This document shows positions 27,776 through 33,934 of a stretch of 33,934 nucleotides of DNA, in pieces. Position 1 is the first letter of the stretch. Every line of letters starts with the position of its first letter. The notes beneath the pieces were generated by a model, which did no database searches, was not told the DNA's origin, and worked only from the letters and a program-made list of their open reading frames with translations. Source of the DNA: an uncultured Maricaulaceae bacterium (lineage in GTDB: Bacteria > Pseudomonadota > Alphaproteobacteria > Caulobacterales > Maricaulaceae); the NCBI GenBank assembly GCA_963976265.1, contig CAXBKM010000001.1, forward strand, positions 1 to 33,934, written 5' to 3'. A program made the translations under genes and the position numbers.

Positions 27776-28773
27776 GCGAGATCAACCACATCGGCGTTTT
27801 GGGTGCCGGGGCCTGGGGCACGGCGCTCGCTGAAACCGCGGCGCGGGCCGGTCGCGATGTAACGCTGTGGGCGCATGAGGACGATATCGCCAAGGCGATC
27901 AATTCAGATCATGAAAACACGCTCTACCTGCCCGGCGTCTCACTCAACACATCGTTGAAAGCGACATCTGACATGGCGGATATGGGCGGATGCGATGCCA
28001 TACTCGCGGTCGCACCGGCCCAGCACATGCGCAGCGTTCTGGAAAATTTTGCGCCGCATGCCGGCGGGGCCCAGCCGGTCCTGTTGTGCTCAAAAGGCAT
28101 TGAGCAATCCAGCTTGAAAATGATGACAGAAGTCCTCGACGAGACCATTCCATCGGCCATTCCGGCTGTCTTGTCAGGACCAAGTTTTGCCATTGATGTT
28201 GCCAAGGGATTGCCGACCGCCGTCACTCTGGCGACGCGTTACAAACCGCTGGGAATGGCCCTGATGAATGCCATCGGAACCCCGCGCTTTCGTCCCTATT
28301 GGTCCGGGGACCTGATCGGCGCGGAAGTTGGCGGCGCGGTCAAGAATGTGCTGGCGATCGCCTGCGGGATTTCTGAAGGCAAGGGATTGGGGAAATCAGC
28401 CCATGCCGCGCTAATTGCGCGCGGTTATGCTGAAATGACCCGACTGGCCGTGGCCATGGGCGCAGAGCGCGACACGCTGGCGGGTTTGTGTGGTTTGGGC
28501 GATCTGGTTCTGACCTGTTCATCTGAACAATCGCGCAACATGTCGTGCGGTCTGGCGCTGGGTCGCGGCGAAAGCCTGAAGGATATTCTGGGCGCGCGCC
28601 GTGCTGTCACCGAAGGTGTCGCCAGCGCCCCGGCCATTGTTGCGCTGGGCAAAACAGTGGGGGCTGACATGCCGATTTGTGCTGCTGTCAATGCAATTCT
28701 GGCAGGCGATTTGTCGGTCGACGATGCGATGGACGCCTTGTTGGCGCGGCCCTTCACCGCAGAGGGCGAATAG
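27772..28773 (+). CDS. gpsA: NAD(P)H-dependent glycerol-3-phosphate dehydrogenase
   Basis: [39 protein letters not shown]…SRN. Confidence 0.97.
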   Translation: MSEINHIGVLGAGAWGTALAETAARAGRDVTLWAHEDDIAKAINSDHENTLYLPGVSLNTSLKATSDMADMGGCDAILAVAPAQHMRSVLENFAPHAGGAQPVLLCSKGIEQSSLKMMTEVLDETIPSAIPAVLSGPSFAIDVAKGLPTAVTLATRYKPLGMALMNAIGTPRFRPYWSGDLIGAEVGGAVKNVLAIACGISEGKGLGKSAHAALIARGYAEMTRLAVAMGAERDTLAGLCGLGDLVLTCSSEQSRNMSCGLALGRGESLKDILGARRAVTEGVASAPAIVALGKTVGADMPICAAVNAILAGDLSVDDAMDALLARPFTAEGE

Positions 28774-29067
28774 ATGCTGTTTGCCATTCATGCCCGTGAC
28801 AAGAGCGGCGCGCTGGCCCTTCGAACGGCCAGTCGCGATGCGCATATTGCGTTTCTCAAGGCGGCAGGCTCACGCCTGAAGCTCGCCGGGCCGCTGCTCG
28901 ATGAGGCCGGAGCGATGTGTGGCTCGCTGCTGATCTATGAGGCTGAAACCCTGACCGATGTTCACGCCTGGCTGGGCGATGACCCCTATGGCAAAGCCGG
29001 TCTGTTCGAGACCGTCATTGTGACCGGCGTGAAACCGGTGCTCGGCGAATTGGTCAACGCCTCATGA
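28774..29067 (+). CDS. YciI family protein
   Basis: R…RDAH…LAGPLL…GSL…DPY motifs; usual position after gpsA. Confidence 0.9.
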   Translation: MLFAIHARDKSGALALRTASRDAHIAFLKAAGSRLKLAGPLLDEAGAMCGSLLIYEAETLTDVHAWLGDDPYGKAGLFETVIVTGVKPVLGELVNAS

Positions 29068-29402
29068 TCTTGCCGCCGCCGGGAACTGTCTTGGGTCAGT
29101 TAGACGCAATCCCCGATCCGGGCGGGCGTGTCGCCACTTGGGATGATTTGCCCATCCTGCTGGCGCGAAAAGGCGACGAAATCCGCGCCTATCTTAATGT
29201 CTGCCCTCATGCCGGACGCCCACTCAACCTGCCCGATGGCCGCGTCATCGCGCATGCCGGGACGCATTTGATCTGTCCCGCTCATGGGGCGGTTTTTGAT
29301 ATATTGACCGGGCAGGGTGATGGCCCTCTCGTCGGCACATCAGGCCTGAAACCCATTCCCGTCCATGTCGAGGACGGCGCGATCAAGGCCCGTGAGATTT
29401 AG
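29064..29402 (+). CDS. Rieske [2Fe-2S] ferredoxin
   Basis: NVCPHAG and ICPAHGAVFD ligand motifs. Confidence 0.92.
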   Translation: MILPPPGTVLGQLDAIPDPGGRVATWDDLPILLARKGDEIRAYLNVCPHAGRPLNLPDGRVIAHAGTHLICPAHGAVFDILTGQGDGPLVGTSGLKPIPVHVEDGAIKAREI

Positions 29403-30499
29403 TCAATCCGTATAGCGCGCACATCGCTGATCACCTCTTGAGCGCCATTCATGCCGCCCAGTGTGAAAAAAGCGCCATCCCATTCAATCAGACCGCGATG
29501 ATCCATTGTTCCAAACGTCCCATAGCCCACAATCAACCGCCAGCTCGACCCGTCAATCTCGCCTTGTCCGGGCGGGTGCATGATCGAATCGAGCGCAGGC
29601 GCGGGCTCTCCATTATAGCCGATCCCGTTGTAATTATACGGGTTATTGGTGCCTCCAACAAAATACACGATGCCGGCGCGTTGTGAGCCAATTGCGGCGG
29701 CGCGATAGCGCGCCGGGCCCTGATGACCGGGTGCCGGAGACCAATCGATCACCGCCGGGTCGGTCGGATCAATCTCGCCCTGCCAGCAGGCGTCGTAATG
29801 CTCAAAGGTCCGCCGCGCGTCCGCGTCGACCGGCGGGACGACTTCAACCCCGCCGCAGACCACGATGTGATTGTCGACAATTCCGCCTGCATGACCAAAG
29901 ACCGGAGAGCCCGGCCAGGATGTCGCGCTGAACCAGCGGCCCTCAGCCGTGTCATAAACCTGAACCGCGTCGATATTGTCGGTGTCGTGCCATCCTGAGA
30001 TCAGATAGATAAACCGGTCCTGATAGGTCACAGCGACGGCATCATCGGTTGGGGTCGGAATGTCGCTGGCACGCACATAGGTTTCTGTTTGCGGGTCGAA
30101 TTGCCAGACCTCCGGGGTGGATCGTTCTGATCCGTCCTCCGCAACAGTGTAGCCCCCAAAGACATAGATCTGGTTGCCGGCTGTAGCCGCGACACTGGCC
30201 AGCCGCCCAACGCCATCCGGCAGGCCGTCAATTTCTTCGCACGCGCGCGCTTCCAGATTGCAGGCATAAGCATTGGCGGTGACATCCTGCCAGGTTTTAC
30301 CCGCATGTAGACCGGCAAAGGAGTAAGCCATCATTCGGCCATTCACCGTCGCCGATGCAACCGCATTGTTGGACACCGGCTCGGGCAATTGCGCCCATGC
30401 CTCGTCGCTGCCGCGACTGGTTTCAGGCCGGTCTGCTCCATCAGAACACGCAGCCAGTAAGAATGCGCAGGCCGCGCAAGCCCATCTTCGACGCATCAT
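29399..30499 (-). CDS. Kelch-repeat beta-propeller lipoprotein
   Basis: Lipobox LAAC; repeated IYVFGG, IYLISG, IVVCGG, VYFVGG and FFTLGG motifs. Confidence 0.88.
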   Translation of the reverse strand: MMRRRWACAACAFLLAACSDGADRPETSRGSDEAWAQLPEPVSNNAVASATVNGRMMAYSFAGLHAGKTWQDVTANAYACNLEARACEEIDGLPDGVGRLASVAATAGNQIYVFGGYTVAEDGSERSTPEVWQFDPQTETYVRASDIPTPTDDAVAVTYQDRFIYLISGWHDTDNIDAVQVYDTAEGRWFSATSWPGSPVFGHAGGIVDNHIVVCGGVEVVPPVDADARRTFEHYDACWQGEIDPTDPAVIDWSPAPGHQGPARYRAAAIGSQRAGIVYFVGGTNNPYNYNGIGYNGEPAPALDSIMHPPGQGEIDGSSWRLIVGYGTFGTMDHRGLIEWDGAFFTLGGMNGAQEVISDVRAIRID

Positions 30500-31239
30500 T
30501 GATTGGCACCAAAAAATGCGTTGGCCTCCTCAATCAGTGATTCCGTTGCCGACTTGACGATGACAGCGCCTTTTTCAGGCGTCGCCTGCGCCGGGTCAGA
30601 GCCAATCCGGCCATCGGCAAAGGTTTTGCGATAATTGGCCGCGTCGGTGAAATCCCCTTCGGGCGCAATTTTTGGTGTCATCTCGACATTTTTCACCGAG
30701 TCCGGATAGCCATAATAGGTGACCGCCACCTCGGAGGCTGTCGCATGGGACCCATCGCCGACCGGGAAAATCTCCCGGCAGGTTTTCATGACGCCCGGCA
30801 AATCCCACCAATTGCGGCTTTTCAAGACATAGGGGCAGGCCTGGTCCTTCAATGACCACGGCGCATAGCTTTCCGAAAAGGCAGCCTGAATGGAGGGAAT
30901 ATTCCCGCCATGCCCGTTGAGGAAATAAATCCGTTCAAACCCGTGACGAACGAGAGAATCGATCCAGTCCTGCAAGGCTGCGATCATGGTCGAGGGACGC
31001 AGTGTAATCGTGCCGGGAAAGCCCAGATGATGCTGCGCATTGCCGACATTGAAGGTCGGACCAACCAGAATGCCGGACTCGTCGCCAGCCTCTTTGGCGA
31101 TGATTTCCGGGCACAGTGCGTCCGTGCCCAGGAACCCATTCGGCCCATGCTGTTCGGTTGACCCGATGGGAATGATGATACCCCTGGAGCGCTTCAAATA
31201 GGCTTCAACTTCTGGCCAGGCGGCTTGATTGAGTTGCAT
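30496..31239 (-). CDS. Creatininase family amidohydrolase
   Basis: PIGSTEQHG, GTD, HHLGFPGTI, NGHGGN and HA…E motifs. Confidence 0.92.
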   Translation of the reverse strand: MQLNQAAWPEVEAYLKRSRGIIIPIGSTEQHGPNGFLGTDALCPEIIAKEAGDESGILVGPTFNVGNAQHHLGFPGTITLRPSTMIAALQDWIDSLVRHGFERIYFLNGHGGNIPSIQAAFSESYAPWSLKDQACPYVLKSRNWWDLPGVMKTCREIFPVGDGSHATASEVAVTYYGYPDSVKNVEMTPKIAPEGDFTDAANYRKTFADGRIGSDPAQATPEKGAVIVKSATESLIEEANAFFGANQ

Positions 31240-31303
31240 GCGTGATTAACCTCAGACTGCTGTTCGCATGAACTAAGCGCAGGCACGCTATGGGAGCAAG
31301 GTC

Positions 31304-31831
31304 TCAGGCGAGTCCGGCACGGCGCCGATATTGCGCCAGATAATTTTCCTGCGCAGAGCAGGGGCCGCCATCCGCACTGGCAATTGTTTCCAGCATGCCC
31401 GCCAGCTCGCTGAGTTCGCGCGGCGACGTGGCGCGGGCGATCACCTGGGTCATGCGGGCAATGCCGTCATCGAGATTGTGCAGGCCTTCAGACAACCAGG
31501 CAGCGCGGGCCAGTAACTCATTGGCATCACTTTCGGCCAACTCAAAACGACGCATCATCTCGGCGCGAATGCCTGCCTTGTCTTCAACCGTGACTTCGCC
31601 GCCGGATCGCGCAATACCGAGCAGCAATATCGTCGCAGCCTCTCGCGGATCATCAACAACCGACAGGCCTTTTTGATTGGCGCGGGATCGAAATCGCATT
31701 TTACGCGGCAGATTGGCGACCTCCCCGGCCGCCTCACCAATGGCACGAGCCCCCTGTATGGCCATGCTGATCCGCCAGACCCGAACACCCAACCCGCCGA
31801 TTACACCCAACAACATTAGAACGACGCTCAT
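31304..31831 (-). CDS. TerB-like helical protein with N-terminal membrane anchor
   Basis: DDPREAATILLLGIARSGG…F.L…IASADG pattern; GGAGGGG SD. Confidence 0.7.
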   Translation of the reverse strand: MSVVLMLLGVIGGLGVRVWRISMAIQGARAIGEAAGEVANLPRKMRFRSRANQKGLSVVDDPREAATILLLGIARSGGEVTVEDKAGIRAEMMRRFELAESDANELLARAAWLSEGLHNLDDGIARMTQVIARATSPRELSELAGMLETIASADGGPCSAQENYLAQYRRRAGLA

Positions 31832-31990
31832 GCCGACCCCTCCATGACCGTCGCGACATTAGCGCGCAATCTCGCCACCTCCAACACACGGCAATATCGG
31901 TGACAATTGCGTGAGGGCGTTGGCGGGATGCACAGAACAGGGCATGATGGCGCTTGAACCGGTCAAGCGACCGAATGTGAGGGGAAATGC

Positions 31991-32788
31991 ATGCGTAAGG
32001 TAATTGGAATTCTGGCGATCGCGGCCTTGGCGGCGTGTTCGCCGCAAACAGACGAATCTGACACATCGAACACAGGCGCAGAGGCGCCCAGTGCAATCCT
32101 TCAAGCGGCTGTTGCCGATACAACCCGACCCGAACAGGATCGCGTCCGTGATGCAACCCGTCATCCGGCTGAAATTCTGACTTTTGCCGGTATTCAACCC
32201 GGCGCAACCACGCTCGATATTGGTTCGGGCGGCGGATATTACACCCGCATTCTGTCGAGCGCGGTTGGTGATGAAGGCATGGTTTATGCCCATAATTTCC
32301 AATGGGTTGTGGACCGGTTTCCGAACGCGGATACATCCCTGACGGCGATTGCGGGCGAACGCGCCAATGTTGAATACTATGTCGCGCCGGTCGATCGTCT
32401 GGCGTCCGGAACGAGCACGCCCGTGGATGCGGCCTTCATGGTCCTTGGCTATCACGATACGGTCTGGCAGCAAGACGACATACAAGCCCTGTCACGCGAG
32501 GATCGGATCACCATGAACCGAGCGGTGTTTGAAGTCCTGCGTCCGGGCGGCGCCCTGATTGTCATTGACCACCGCGCTGAAGATGGCTCAGGCGACCGCG
32601 ATGTCGACGCCTATCACCGGATCGACGAGGCTATGGTTCGCGACGAAATCGAAGCCGCCGGATTTGTTCTGGAAAGCACCAGCGACCTTCTGGCCAATCC
32701 GAGCGATCCGCGCAATGTGTCGGTCTTTGATCCCAGCATTCGTGGATCAACCGACCGTTTTGTGCATCTCTATCGCCGACCGGGCTGA
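31991..32788 (+). CDS. Class I SAM-dependent methyltransferase-like lipoprotein (COG4798-like)
   Basis: Lipobox LAAC; RDATRHPAEIL, DIGSGGGYYT, YHD, LRPGG…DH, RGSTDRF. Confidence 0.88.
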   Translation: MRKVIGILAIAALAACSPQTDESDTSNTGAEAPSAILQAAVADTTRPEQDRVRDATRHPAEILTFAGIQPGATTLDIGSGGGYYTRILSSAVGDEGMVYAHNFQWVVDRFPNADTSLTAIAGERANVEYYVAPVDRLASGTSTPVDAAFMVLGYHDTVWQQDDIQALSREDRITMNRAVFEVLRPGGALIVIDHRAEDGSGDRDVDAYHRIDEAMVRDEIEAAGFVLESTSDLLANPSDPRNVSVFDPSIRGSTDRFVHLYRRPG

Positions 32789-32819
32789 TAGCCAAAACGG
32801 CTCTCTTGAAGAGTTCAGT

Positions 32820-32854
32820 GGCGGCTTCGGTGATACCGGAGCCGCCCTTTTCTT
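32820..32854 (+). terminator. Rho-independent terminator
   Basis: GGCGGCTTCGGT-GAT-ACCGGAGCCGCC stem followed by CTTTTCTT, ~30 bp after the methyltransferase stop. Confidence 0.75.
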
Positions 32855-32956
32855 GACCCCCCATTTCTTGGTCGCCCTTCTCTTGGTCTCTGGGCCATGC
32901 GGGATACCCTTCACGCGCGCATTCGATTATCCTGACGAAAGAAGAGGGGCGCTGTG

Positions 32957-33934
32957 ATGACTGAAAAACCCGGACTGACCAGCCGCGCGAGCGGAATGAT
33001 GCCGTCCTGGCTGAAACGCCATTGGGGGGCGACCGCCGCGACCATTGCCATTCTGACCGCCGGCATTGGTTTTGTCACCGACGTTCAAAGCCTGATCTTT
33101 GGTGGCGCGCTATCGCAAGCCGAAGCGTCCATACTGGCCGAAAGTGTCGCCACGCGCCTGGAATCGCGATCCATCGCCCGGGGCGGCGAATACCGCCAAA
33201 GCACAAACCTGGATGACGCGCTGGGTGAGTTGGCGCAGACCGGTAACCGCCAGGACCGGCGCGCTCTGGCCGCGCTGGAAGACGGACGCACCGAAGAGGG
33301 CCTCGATGAACTCGAGGAAGAAACAGAAAGCCTGCTTCGCCGCGACCCGGAGGCGGCCGCCATTCGCTTTCGACAGATCGCCATCATTGCGCAAACCGTC
33401 GACAATGCACGCGCCGCCCGGCTTTTTGGACACGCACTGGAGCTCGACCCGCAGGATTTGCGGGCCATGGATTTGCTCGGCGAGCTCGAACTCAATCGCG
33501 GCAATGCCGACGCCGCGCAGATACTTCACGAACGCGCCCTGGATTTGGCAAGACAAAATGGTGAGGAAGCCGAAGAATCCTCCGCGCTTTCCGGGCTCGG
33601 CAGTGTCGCCTGGTCCAATGGTGATCTTGATACCGCCGATACCTATTATGCGCGCTCGCTGGAAATTTCCGACATGAACGGCAACCTCACCCGGTCAGCG
33701 CGCCAATTGGGCAATCGCGGCCTGATCGCGCAGGCCCGCGGGGACAATGCGGCGGCAGAACAGTATTACAGCCGGGCGCTGGCGCTGATGCAATCATCCG
33801 GAGATGTTGTCGGCGAGGCGCTGGCCCGTAATAATCTGGGCAATATCGCACGTGATCGCGGCGAGTTCGAAGAGGCCGGAGACAATTACCGGCTATCCCT
33901 GTCCGCGCTTGAAGCAGCGGATCGGCGCGCACTG
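32957..33934 (+). CDS. Membrane-anchored tetratricopeptide-repeat protein (runs off window end; absent from ORF track)
   Basis: Hand translation from ATG 32957: MTEKPG…TM helix…ALSGLGSVAWSNGDLDTADTYYARSL…LGNRGLIAQARGDNAAAEQYYSRAL…NNLGNIARDRGEFEEA. No stop before the window end. Confidence 0.85.
   Translation, partial: MTEKPGLTSRASGMMPSWLKRHWGATAATIAILTAGIGFVTDVQSLIFGGALSQAEASILAESVATRLESRSIARGGEYRQSTNLDDALGELAQTGNRQDRRALAALEDGRTEEGLDELEEETESLLRRDPEAAAIRFRQIAIIAQTVDNARAARLFGHALELDPQDLRAMDLLGELELNRGNADAAQILHERALDLARQNGEEAEESSALSGLGSVAWSNGDLDTADTYYARSLEISDMNGNLTRSARQLGNRGLIAQARGDNAAAEQYYSRALALMQSSGDVVGEALARNNLGNIARDRGEFEEAGDNYRLSLSALEAADRRAL

Overview
This window looks like an alphaproteobacterial chromosome segment (Hyphomonadaceae/Maricaulaceae-like gene content; inference). 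A ~17.2 kb integrative element (4121-21354) interrupts it. Left flank: end of an ABC-2 permease, a secreted PPC-repeat HExxH metallopeptidase and a Tat-signal protein with ~11 TDxDxGxxADPxGxGRG repeats. Right flank: udk, the hemY-like/mic60/hemD/hemC cluster, tsaD-gpsA-yciI-Rieske and other ordinary genes. Main observation: the element has inserted into the anticodon loop of the host tRNA-Thr(CGT) at a 9-bp core, ATTACGAAT, and restores the gene at neither junction. The 3' half lies at 4084-4129 and the 5' half at 21346-21384; joined, they give a perfect 76-nt cloverleaf. Instead, the element carries its own intact tRNA-Thr(CGT) (21175-21250), which differs at 14 of 76 positions, 12 of them compensatory, and sits just downstream of the orphaned host tRNA promoter. 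Arm-type repeats (GCCTACTA) lie inside both ends, with an exact IHF box at the left end and a weaker one at the right. The tyrosine integrase, excisionase-like HTH gene and primase-polymerase-helicase sit in the middle of the element. Cargo is nuclease/defence-rich: a fused Type IIG-like R-M gene, EVE-HNH, a membrane protein/PD-(D/E)xK/DUF6994-like trio, a DUF4258-like gene paired with a large unknown gene, and an SNase. An IS remnant and the relic of a second replicon are also present. Family assignments come from motif recognition only; no database searches were run.
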